A DNA stretch of 62,243 nt, counting the filler, from Nemertoderma westbladi (lineage: Eukaryota > Animalia > Xenacoelomorpha), in assembly GCA_032718475.1 (NCBI GenBank). It is 3 parts of 3 records of this genome, joined end to end, with 100 filler letters (N's around TTAATTAATTAA, not from the genome) between each part and the next. Parts side by side here need not be neighbours in the genome. Positions count along the whole stretch, not along the records: positions 1 to 29,205 come from JAUCBJ010006574.1; positions 29,306 to 53,874 come from JAUCBJ010004546.1; 1 more part is not named here. The stretch is one strand, 5' to 3'. Numbering within the stretch: position 1 is the stretch's first letter; each line of letters opens with the position of its first letter. The notes under the pieces are model-generated. The model saw only the letters and a program-made list of their open reading frames with translations. It had not been told where the DNA came from and did no database searches. The translations under genes and the position numbers were made by a program. This document shows, in pieces, positions 22,390-33,730 of this stretch.

Positions 22390-22955
22390 TGTGACGGGAT
22401 CCGAGAGGATCCCGGTTTATCCGGTATTGGTTAAGTACGCGTCCCCGCCGTGTGGATGAAAAGAGTTGTTGTTCTGACGTTGTTGTTAAGGATATAAATT
22501 GAGATAACATATAGCGTATAGGTACAATAGCAGATAGCACTGAATACTGCTGCACTGGTACCGGTAATGTGATGACGGCGGTGACGGTCCTAACTGTCAC
22601 CGTACTACCTGACTGTACTGACCGACTGAGATAACTGATTGAATAGGGGAGCACCAACAGGTAATATACTGCACGGTTGGCCATATTACTACCTAATCGA
22701 TGCCTTGCCCCCCCATTGGCTAATATCCCACTTCTCGCCCCTTCACCTTCCCTGGTGTGTTTCCCGTTCACCCCAGCTATTCTCTCTCTTGTCAGGGGAG
22801 TAACCCCTGACCCTTATTGTGTGTGTCTCCTTTGGGGCCTATTGTCCCCGTTTACTGGGCTGACACGAGGTTGATTGGTAATCAACCTCGTGCTCCCAAT
22901 ATTGCTTTATGGCTCACTCTATGGGTTCGTGTTAGCGGAATTGGATAAGCTAACA
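22390..22955 (-). repeat. 3' LTR of element 2 (566 bp, TGTTAGC...GTCACA)
   Basis: Preceded on the minus strand by PPT GGGGGGGAG (22956-22964); matches 28777-29153; contains a perfect 13-bp hairpin at 22864-22892. Confidence 0.9.
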
Positions 22956-23369
22956 CTCCCCCCCATGCTATCTTCCCGGTAAGAAGATAGCATCCAACTA
23001 AAGTGCGCTACAATTCCGCTGGATCCCGATCTAGCATCGGGTGTGGGGTGGGTATATTTTTTTTTTCGGAGTCGGCTTTCCAGGCCGCTCCCTATGGGTA
23101 TGATGTCACTACCCTCTGGCGTCTCGTGTCGGGCAGATCGTGCGCTTCTCTCACACAATTTTTGTTTCCCCAACACTCTCACCACTCTACTCCAACTCTC
23201 GCATACCCCCGGACCTCCTCGTCCCACACTCTTCCTCTCACTTCTCCTCCCCCACACTTGAATTGCGCCCACGCTCTCTTCGCACTCCGCACTATTACTC
23301 TCTACTCTCTGTCACTCCCTAAGGCTTTAATCTCTAATGCTACCCCTGTGCTATCATACTATCTACCTA

Positions 23370-24960
23370 CTGCTTACTAACTCTAACTATCTAACTAACT
23401 CTGCTAACTACTTCTAGCTCTAACTGAGAGCCCTAACGTTCTACTGACTCTAACTCTCTACTAAGTCTAACTAACTCCTACTAACTTTCTACTTCTACTA
23501 ACTCTACTTGACTCCTCTGAGTCTACCAACTCTGCTAACTAGCTCTACTAGAACTCCCTAACTCCACCCACTCTTCTAACTACGTGGCGCTTGCGGTGCC
23601 CACAACCACTCTACTATCTGGCACCCTATGTGCCCTTCTACTACTCAACTACCTCCCTAGCTCTACTACCTGGCACCCTATGTGCCCTCTCTGCTCTACT
23701 CTATCTCTAACTCTCTAACTCCACTACCTGGCACCCTACGTGCCCGTCTCTACTCTTCTACTCTCTGGCACCCTATGTGCCCTCTCTACTACCTCTAACA
23801 CTCTAACTTTACTACCTGGCACCCTACGTGCCCTCTCTACTCTTCTACTACCTGGCACCCAATGTGCCCGTCTCTACTCCTCTACTCCCCCTTTACGTCT
23901 CATCGCCTACACGTGACGCTCTGAGTGCCGGCAGAGTGGGTACGTTAATTATGTGAACTACTACTGACTCTACTAACTCTCTTCTAACTCTACTAACTCT
24001 TTTTGTGCCCGGCACCTCTTGTGCCCGGCACCTTCTAACTCTACTAACTCTACTAACTCTCTACTAACTCAACTAACTCTACTACTAGCTCAACTAACTC
24101 TACTACTAACTCTTTTTGTGCCCGGCACCTCTTGTGCCCGGCACCCACCCTAATTAACATACCCTGCTCTTACATCAAACACGTCATCACGCCCGTGCCC
24201 CAATAAGTTCAGCGCATTCCCTACTAACTCTAACTACGTGGCGCTTACGGTGCCCACAACCTCTACTGCTCTACTACTTCCTAACTAGCGGTACTTACAT
24301 ACCCTCTAACTCTAACTTTAACTAGCGGTACTACGTACCCTCTAGCTCTAACTCTAACTAGGTACCATGTACCTACTAACTCTAACTCTAACTAGCGGTA
24401 CTACGTACCCTCTAACTCTAACTTTAACTAGCGGTACTACGTACCCTCTAGCTCTAACTCTAACTAGGTACCACGTACCTACTAACTCTAACTCTAACTA
24501 GCGGTACTACGTACCTACTAACTCTAACTAACTCTAGGTACTACGTACCTACTAACTCTAACTAACTCTAGGTACTACGTACCTACTAACTCTAACTAAC
24601 TCTAGGTACTACGTACCTACTAACTCTAACTAACTCTAGGTACTACGTACCTACTAACTCTCTAACTCTAGGTACTACGTACCTACTAACTCTAACTCTG
24701 ATTAGGTACTACGTACCTACTAACTCTAACTAACTCTAGGTACTACGTACCTACTAACTCTAACTAACTCTAGGTACTACGTACCTACTAACTCTCTAAC
24801 TCTAGGTACTACGTACCTACTAACTCTAACTCTGATTAGGTACTACGTACCTACTAACTCTCTAACTAACGATACTACGTACCCTCTTTAACTAACTAAC
24901 TAACTAACTAACTAACCAACTCTTACTACCCAACTTCTACCTACTCTATTATCTAATTAT
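23370..24960 (-). repeat. Hairpin-bearing tandem repeat array inside element 2
   Basis: CTAACT-rich backbone with 14 exact GGTACTACGTACC copies (~34-bp period) and 8 GGCAC-N5-GTGCC copies. Confidence 0.92.
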
Positions 24961-24974
24961 TTTCTTATTTTTAA

Positions 24975-27900
24975 TTAAATAATTATTTTATATTTTGTGC
25001 GTGGGAAGGGCGTCTCGCCCTCATTCCCACCCCCCTCAGTCCAAAACTTTGGACGACTAAAAACTCTCACGTGCCCCTTCTTCCGGTAGGCACTCTCCTG
25101 CTGCCCTCCTATACGTCCTCTAACTCTTCGCCACACTCTCTTCGGTGCTACCTTTGCTGGCCTCCCCCTTCGTATGTGCGCTGGCATTAAGGCCCTCGAC
25201 GACCCCCGCTCGTCCCTCAGTATACGCGGTGTCTGCCCGTGCAATGCCCCCTCGCACTGTGTCCGTCCTGCGTGTGTATGCAACACGCCTCCTTCTACTT
25301 TCCCGACTCCCTTATGTTTGCTCATGGGCTTCTCTGCCCCTGGTCTAGTCCTTTCACATCCTCTCCCTTTCCAACACTCTCCGGATCTGTGTCCTTTTAC
25401 CACACATCGATGACATAGTCCGTTTGCGTCTGTGTAGGCTACACGATCTCGTTTGGGCAACGCTTGCCAGTACTTGCAACTCCTGGTCTTATGGGTTCCG
25501 TCCCGATGTAATTGACATTGGAATCCTGGATTATAGCGTTTCCTGTATAGTCCTTCACGTATCGCGCTTAGGTTTATATGTACCGATTTAATGTTTTGGT
25601 TGTCTAGACTCGGCCTACTGGGTATATTGGGATTGTGTTTATTTTATGGTGTTATTTTCTTTCTGTCCCTGCCACGGTGTGGCCCTGCTACCAGCTAACT
25701 GTGGACTGGTAGTCCCCTGTACGGCCGCGTGTGGTGGTGACTGTCCGCACGACCTGCTCTCGTCCAGGGAGTTCGATGTTCTTGCTCCTATCGGGGTATA
25801 TTGTCGATATTGTGATGGGGGAATGTCACCCTGTCCCCCCCCCAGCCGGTATGTTTGGTACTGGGGTTGATGTTAATACATTGGGGCCCATACGTCTATC
25901 TCCAATAACTCCCCCCTCCCCTGGATATATGTTATGTCCCTGTGTATTATAGTCATGCTGCTGTACCGATATAGGCCTACCTACCTCTCGCCTACCTACC
26001 GGTATGTACTCCGCGACTTCCGGGTTTAATCCCGTCGTTCGCGCTACCCCATCGCCTACTCTATCTCTCCCAGCATGGCCTATAATAGTATGTGCAGTAA
26101 GGCCTACAGTATGTCCTGCAGTCTGCATGTGCCCTTCCGAACCGAAGTTTATTCTTCGCGAATCTCGAATCTCCCCGCGACTACTGCACTCTCGATCGGC
26201 AGCTATATCCCGTCGGGAAGCTTCTCTCCGATCCCCTCTCCTGTTCTCGACTCTGTATTGGTACGTCTTGTACCCCTCTCTTGGCGTGCGGTGCGTTTCT
26301 CCGGGGCGACGGCAATCTCCCGAAGTTCGACCCCACTGGCTCCCTGACTCCATCTCTACTGTCGACGGTCCGTTATCCGTCCTCGCACTGCTATCGTTCG
26401 TGGCGACACTTCTTCTACTATCTTCTCTTCTTCTCTTTTCTGTGTAGTATTCCGGCTCGTGAGGTCTCTCGTCGACCTCCCGGTTAAACTCCACTGTTCT
26501 TCTTCCCTCTTCTGATCGGGCTCGACGCTTCGTCTGCCCTCTCGCGACGTCAACCTGCCTCTCTCTGCTCGATCGCACGCCGCTGGGGATACTCGCAATC
26601 CCCCTATTACTCTCCGTCGCCGGGTGTTGCGGTTTACCTGATTCGGCCCGCGCATTATCCGCTGACGGCTGTGGGACACTCTCTGCCCCCCCTCTCTCTC
26701 TACTAATCTCTCGCGGTGGGGTGCCCGTAGCCCCCCCCCCACCCGCCACTTCTAACTTCACTATTTCTTACTACACTTCTATACCCCTCTTGTGGGGCAT
26801 TCTCTGCCCCCCCTCTCTCGCCACTAATCTTATGTGGTGGGGCGCCCGTAGCCCCCCCCCCCCCACCCGCCACATCTAACTTCAATATCTCTTACTTCGT
26901 CTCTACACCCCTCTCTAGTCGACGCACTGTCTCTACTACGGCTGGGTCTATTCACCCCCGCCTCTCTCTCTACTACTGCGTGGCCCATCAGGCCCACTTC
27001 GGGTTGGCTCAACCCCGCTACCTCCTGCCTACCAACTACGTGGCCTACCAGGCCGCCGTCGGGTTGGCTCAACCCTGCCACCTCCTGCCTACTAACTACG
27101 TGGCCTACCAGGCCACCGTCTGCCGGGTTATGTACGTCCGACACGCTCATATTAATAGCACCATTCCCAATATTATTTGTTAAATCAATTAAATTATTAG
27201 AATTTGAAACGGGATTATTATTTAAATTATTTAAATTACTTAGATCACTACTATTCTCTAAACTTAAATTATTATTCGAATTATTTTGCGGGTTTGAATT
27301 GAAATTATTATTTAGAGTATTTGTATTTAAATTTAAATTACTACTACCCGGTAAAATATTATTTCGCTGTAATAAAGGGATTAGGGTTATTTACTACGGT
27401 ACTATTAATATTAACTGCTTCTAACGTACTACTACTACACCCCCCGCCCGTACGGCTACACCAGTTCTGGCTCTCTCGCCCGGTGCCTGTAAGTGGGGGC
27501 TCACTCTCTGATATCTCCAACCGCGCCAGTTCTAGTCGGCGCTGGTCTAATTTGGCTTGATATTGCGCAAGCCTCCCTAGCTGAGCACGCAAATCATCCC
27601 GCCTGCGCTCACCCTCTATCCCCATCTCTCGCATATTCTGCTCGGCCAACTCTGCCTCTCTCGCAAGCATCTCAAGCCGCCTCGCCGGCTCGCTCTCTAC
27701 TCCTATCTCTCGCTCTCTACACTCCTTGGCTCCCTCTCTACACTTCTCGGCCCTCTCTCTACACTCCCTCTCCAACTCTCCTACCTTCTCTGAGAATGCG
27801 GTTCCCTCTCTCAATCGTCTCTCTAACTCATTCTGCTCTGTCGCAACCATTTCTAATTTATACGCCATGCGTTCACTCTCTCGCACCCGTCTTTCTTTTA

Positions 27901-28721
27901 CGGAGGATGTAGCAGACTTATCGGTTGCGACGGACTCCCGTCGCCCCTCCGTCCCACTAACTTTCCCCCGCCTCCCGGAACTTCCTCCGACCGACGAGAC
28001 CGAATCCTCGGGTTTAACCTCGGATTCGCCCTCCTCAGGTCTCTTCCAACCCACTAATTTTGTATCCCTGGGCATCGACTAAGTATGGCCCTATGTACAC
28101 TACACTAGGTTCCATACCCCCACATTCCCATAGTTTAAACAGTTCGAAGGCAACTCCCCACGCCCTCAACTCTGCTAGTTCTCTCTGTCCAGAACACACT
28201 AGGTGATCAAAGTATCTGTTCGACTCACCTAGTCGCTTTCTCAGTCTCACCTCGTCTATCTTCGCCCCCTCCTTGGCCTCCTTTAGTAGTTCCCGGGTCG
28301 CGTTGTAGGCCCGTCGAAGTCGATCAGAAACCCCGACGTCCTCGTCGCCGACCTCTCGTCCGTCTCTCCGGGTCCGACGTCGTACCGACGGCCCCACCGT
28401 CGCCGTTCCGGTGGACCGTTCGTCGTCCTCGGCCTGTGGCTGGCCGGTGACATCGGTATGTCGACCCTCGCTCCGCGTCGACTCGTCTTTCTCTTCTCCT
28501 CCCTTCTCGTCTCCTTCCCTCGACTCGCTCTCTCCTGGTAGACGACCCCCCACATCTTGGTTCGCCGTGTTGCTCGTTATCGACGTGGCGTCAACCTGCG
28601 TCGACGTGGTCGGCGTAGCATCGACCGGCGTCGTGGGTTCGTATCGTCTCGCCGTGGCCTCGCGGATCGTTAGATCGTCGTCCGGGGTCCGCGGCGATGT
28701 CGTTCCTTTCTCTCGACTCAT
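24975..28721 (-). pseudogene. gag: Gag-like ORF (~1250 codons) split by six +1 frameshifts: coiled coil, Asn-rich segment, disordered region, Zn knuckles; no recognisable capsid
   Basis: VKPEDSVSSV; CQLHRDGTHKTRSC...CHRCVVKGHRSGEC; ORF pieces join at ~28060, 27362, 26855, 26735, 25838, 25645. Confidence 0.8.
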
Positions 28722-28776
28722 CTTTGTCTTTGGTCTGTGTCTGGCAGTTACAGTTCGGCAGGCCTAGAGTTAGGAC

Positions 28777-29153
28777 TGTGACGGGATCCGAGAGGATCCC
28801 GGTTTATCCGGTATTGGTTAAGTACGCGTCCCCGCCGTGTGGATGAAAAGAGTTGTTGTTCTGACGTTGTTGTTAAGGATATAAATTGAGATAACATATA
28901 GCGTATAGGTACAATAGCAGATAGCACTGAATACTGCTGCACTGGTACCGGTAATGTGATGACGGCGGTGACGGTCCTAACTGTCACCGTACTACCTGAC
29001 TGTACTGACCGACTGAGATAACTGATTGAATAGGGGAGCACCAACAGGTAATATACTGCACGGTTGGCCATATTACTACCTAATCGATTCTCTCAGCTAT
29101 TCTCTCTCTTGTCAGGGGAGTAACCCCTGACCCTTATTGTGTGTGTCTCCTTT
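28777..29153 (-). repeat. 5' LTR of element 2 (partial; ~70-bp internal deletion; cut by nested insertion)
   Basis: Matches 22390-22833 except 22702-22773 is replaced by TCTCT. Confidence 0.9.
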
Positions 29154-29205
29154 TGTTCGCGCTTTCAGACCTTTGGCAGTTTAACCCACCAAATTAAGAT
29201 GTCTT
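29154..29205 (-). mobile_element. End of a second copy of the element-1-type LTR inserted in the element 2 LTR
   Basis: Reverse complement of 9972-10023 (50/52); starts TGTT exactly where LTR identity breaks. Confidence 0.85.
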
Positions 29206-29305
29206 NNNNNNNNNNNNNNNNNNNNNNNNNNNNNNNNNNNNNNNNNNNNTTAATTAATTAANNNNNNNNNNNNNNNNNNNNNNNNNNNNNNNNNNNNNNN
29301 NNNNN
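29206..29305. other. Artificial contig linker (N44-TTAATTAATTAA-N44)
   Basis: Fixed 100-bp spacer with an all-frame stop linker. Confidence 0.97.
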
Positions 29306-29554
29306 ACTTTAGTTTACTGTTTTGGGAACCCACCTATGTTGTTAGGGAGACTTCCCATATGTTAGGAAGATGACATGCAGCATCACATACCGGAGCAGAA
29401 TAATTATTATAAAAATTAGTTTGATATTAGATTATATAGAAACTCCTGCTATAGATCATAGATGCTCAGATACGTGCGCTGCGGGGATTGGTTGAAATAA
29501 TCAATAAATCAAAGAGCCGTCCTGCAGGTCGGACCTTTCTGGACTACTACTATA

Positions 29555-29790
29555 CCACCTGTATCAACCACCCTCCGTGAACGCAGATTAAGATTCAGTG
29601 GGCACTGCTGGCGAAGTAAACATGAGGTCATACCAGATCTACATTTCTAGGCAACCAACACAAGGAAAGCGTACCCATGGACGACCGGCCATAACATATA
29701 TAGATCAACTAGAAAGGGATACTGAACTTGGGAGAAACGAAATAGCGACAACTATGGAGAATCGGGAAGCCTGGACGGAAAACTAATATT
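29555..29790 (+). mobile_element. RTE LINE 3' end fragment
   Basis: RERRLRFSGHCWRS...GKRTHGRPAITYIDQLERDT...MENREAW. Confidence 0.8.
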
Positions 29791-31757
29791 CATCGAAAAT
29801 AAATATTTGGAAACATATTTTAGTGAAATTACGTAAGTTACGTCCACCCCTCTTAATGCTTTCCTGTAAAAGTGGAGAAATAAATAGATATTTCCACCAT
29901 GTAATATTAATGTCATGTTTGCTGGGCCTCCCTAAGTTAATCAAAAAATATTTTTTATATTTTAAAGTTACATGTTGATTTCATTTATCCTTATGGTTAT
30001 TGGTGATTCGAAATAACAACAATTAACAAGATTTATATATTCCGTTCATCCGTGAAATAATTAAAGCAATTGAATACAAAATGAGATGTACCCTTCTCTA
30101 CAGCGCTAAAGAAATTACTAGGTAGGCTTACCAAAGATTTAATTGTGGGCAATTTATAACATAACATGTTTAATTAATAATAATTATGTGTTGATTACAC
30201 CTGGTACATTATACTATTGTAATTACAGCTGATGATTATTTCAATGATTGTGAATGGAGTTACCCCCTATTTATAGCTAAGATTGAGACTACCTCTGAGA
30301 AATATGCATCTAATTAAACAAACTACAAACAAACAGCACAAATAAAACGGAAACTTGCTAGAATAACATTCGGTTCTATTATAAAAAAAAGAACAGAAAA
30401 CAATTAGAAAACTAATTTTCATTGACCATTAAATTGCAAGAGAACATGGAGGCCAGATGGGCTCTATAAGGTAGGACCACAAAGTGCCATGTTCTGCAGC
30501 AATCGCACCCATACTAGACACCTAAAATACTAGTTTTGGTGTTATTTTTTTGTAATTGTGGAAATAAACAGGAAATAAAGGTCATTGATCACATATATAA
30601 CACGTAAAGCAAAACCTGTGAAGCAGAATTGCAAAGTTACATAAGCAAATGTATAGTTTACACAGTGCAAGAAGTTACACACGGAGTAGTTTACATATAG
30701 AGTTACTAATTACTCATTATTACTAGGTGCACAGAGCTATACGAACTAAATGCACGATTTCACGTTATTTACGATTTTACAGATAAAAATATTTTAATAA
30801 GCGCAGCACTTCGGAGAATTGCAATCGAACAATGTGATATAATAAAAGACTGGATGATGCAGCTGGTATTAAATCCTAAAGACATAGAAGGGCCGAGGTC
30901 AACAGAAAATCTGGCTAAATAAACATTCGGTGATAGTAAATATGGCTAAAGATGTTTGTGTGAGAGTCACTGTGTAGGTAGCGAGACGCGAAACATAAAA
31001 ATAATAGAATCCAAATATCTTATAGACGATTAGCAGCAAAGCTTGGCGGAACGAAGCTATAATCACACTAATCAGCCTAGGCATCTAATTCCATATAATT
31101 AACAGTTTTAGTTGCTGTATTCGCGCAGAAAAATGTGATTCAAGGAAATTGACACAAGTACAAACAACTTTCGACAAACACCAAGTTATTGTATATAAAA
31201 AACTAAAGGGAATTGAAATATATAGAAAACAAAATACCACGATTGAGCCCAAACCTAAAGGCTAAACAATACAAGTTAGAAAATTAAATATATCATTTGA
31301 ACAACATTGCAAATACTCTGGTGAGAACGTAAGAGTTATTAATACATTATTCATTCATATTAATAGCACAAAATAATACACGTATAAGAAGTATTGAGCC
31401 CTTTGACTATATTGTGATAGTACAATGTCGCTATCAGTTATTAATTGTTGCTGTGCTGAGGTACAGACAGGGTGGTCGAAAAGTCTATCATCTTCTAGAA
31501 ACGATAAAACCGCCCAATAAATCCTTCCGTTTATATTCAAATACAAACAAACTCGGTCCCTAGCCGCCAGTCTTTCGCAAACAAAAGCCTTAAAACATCC
31601 CAAATAGATTCCGCAAACTCGGCTTGTTTCGACCACCCTGAAGGGTGCTAGACTATATGCACCACGTAAAGGTGTCACCACCCACCGATCTTATCATAAT
31701 GCACCACGTTTATATACATGACATTGTGATGTAACGGCGACACCTTGTAAGGTGATG

Positions 31758-33159
31758 TTACGCTTCGATCTCTCTGAGTCCCAATGGCGGAGTTAGTGGG
31801 GCGGATTCGTAGGCGGGGTTCACTGCCGACACACCGGTCGGCGCGTCGAGATCCACTTTATCGAATTTATCTTCTCGTCGCATCCAGGGTTGCTGGATAT
31901 CTACGGTGCAGCCGTCGCCGTCCGCGCGCGCTGTCGTCTTCTGGTAGACGGGATTCTCGAAGTTCATCTTGTGTATGGAGCTGCGTTGGTTGCGTCTCCG
32001 GAGGTAGACGAACACGAGGAACGCGACGCCGATAACGAGAAGAGTCGCTATGGTACCGACGGCGATACCGACGACGCTGGTGGTCGACTCCACCGTGGCG
32101 ACCCGCTGCTCGACGGGCTGCGTCGCGGCGGCGGGGGTAGTAGTGGTCTCCGGGGACAGCGGGATGCAGACAACCCCCGCGAGTCGCTCCCCGGGCGGGC
32201 AGCTCTCGGGGACGCACTGCGTGCCGACGAGCCGCAATCCCGCGGGACACGCGCACGAGAACTCGGGACTGAGCGCGTTGATCCGGGGCGCGGGGTAGCA
32301 GTAATGGCTGCAGCGGTTGTGCGCGCAGCGGTTCTCCGATCGGGGTTGCTGCAGCTCGTGGACGATCCTCAACTCCATCGGTAAACCTGCGCGCTCCAAC
32401 TCGGAATACGACTCGCTGGAACAAGTGAACTTGTTGCAACGGTTTATCGACTGTGTCTCCCAATCGCTCCAATAGAGCCAATCCTCGAAAACGCTCGCCG
32501 AGAAAGGATGAAACTCGTCGACGTGGCCGTGAGCAGGTATATCGAGCCGATGGTGACCCAAAGTGTCCACCGAGCTGATCGTGTGTCGCTTCACGTCGAA
32601 CCAATAGAGTCGCAGCTTGGCGGAGTCCAGCGTCAACCCGTTGGGCCACACGATGTCGGCGAGTACGAGCGGCGCAACCCGCGAGCCGTCCATCCCGGCG
32701 CGCATCACCGCGGGCAGCGCGCCCCAGTCGACCCAGTACATCCAGCCGAGACTGGGCTCGAGCACCACGGCCCGCGGCTCGTCCAGCCCCTCCGAGACCA
32801 GCACCCGCCGCTCCGAGCCGTCCAGGTTGGCCGCCTCGATGGTGTCGCGCTCCGTGTCGGCCCAGTAGACCCGGTCGTAGATCCAGTCCACCGCGATCCC
32901 GTCCACCACCCCCACCCCCTCCACCAGGGTGCTCACGGGGTTCCGCCCCCGCTGGGCGGGACTCAGCTCCGCGCTCTGGATGCTGTTGGTGTAGTAGTCA
33001 CTCCAGACGATCCGGTTGTTGGTTAGATGGTAGTCCAACCCCGTGGCGCTGCTGAGACCGCGCACCAACTCCACGTACTCGCCGTTTAGGCCGTCAAGTA
33101 AACGGATATCGAACTGGTTCGCGAATATTAACTTCCAAGAATCACCAATGGCTTTGCAA
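31758..33159 (-). CDS. VLDLR: VLDLR/lipophorin-receptor-like, coding exon 2: YWTD beta-propeller, EGF-C, TM, NPxY tail
   Basis: IVWSD, VYWAD, MYWVD, LYWFD, LYWSD repeats; TM VVGIAVGTIATLLVIGVAFLVFVYL; FENPVY; TTTCAG acceptor, phase 2. Confidence 0.92.
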
Positions 33160-33529
33160 CTGAAACAAAACAAATAATACCGGTATTTACTTAAGTAACT
33201 TGTGTAATTCATTTAAGTGTCAAACAATGTAGGATCGAATTAAACCGTTTAAAAACGCAACTAGTTCCACACCCACACCCCCCCCCCCCCCCCCCCCCCC
33301 ACTCACTGATATTCCTGATAGCGGATATACTAGACTGTACAAATAGAAAGCACTTAGGCCTAATAGAGATAAGAGACGGGTTTATGCGTGTTCCAGCGTT
33401 ATTTTATGTTAGTTATAGTGGTTCAGAGTGTTTGTTCGGGGAGATAATGAAACCATAAAAAGTGGAAGTTAATTAGCGTATAATGTTACTGAGTAGTAGA
33501 TAGTAGATATACTATACATTATAGCAACT

Positions 33530-33730
33530 GGATGCCTTATATTCATGTATGCCGACGATCTAGTTATTTGTAGAAATTCCATTGCGCAAGTTCAGATTGG
33601 ACTCGATGCATTACTTGACTACTGCAGAGACCACGACCTAACAGTCAATAGCTCAAAAATAAAAGTTGTTAAATTCAGACGTGGAGGTCGCTTATCACGG
33701 GACGATGTTCTGCATTACGATGGACAACTG
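33530..33730 (+). mobile_element. Non-LTR RT fragment in the receptor intron
   Basis: MYADDLVI...LTVNSSKIKVVKFRRGG. Confidence 0.8.

Larger units (their letters stand above)
22390..29153 (-). mobile_element. Non-autonomous BEL/Pao LTR element (element 2), gag-only, in an RFX4 intron; 5' LTR interrupted at 29154
   Basis: Two LTR copies apparently identical over ~310 bp, PPT, BEL-type Zn knuckles, PEDSVS motif, no pol. Confidence 0.9.

Noticed and set aside
22358-22771. 137-aa and 107-aa ORFs repeated at 28748-29071
   Set aside because: Incidental ORFs within the LTRs
29250-29261. TTAATTAATTAA inside N runs
   Set aside because: Artificial linker; adjacency across it is not evidence of linkage
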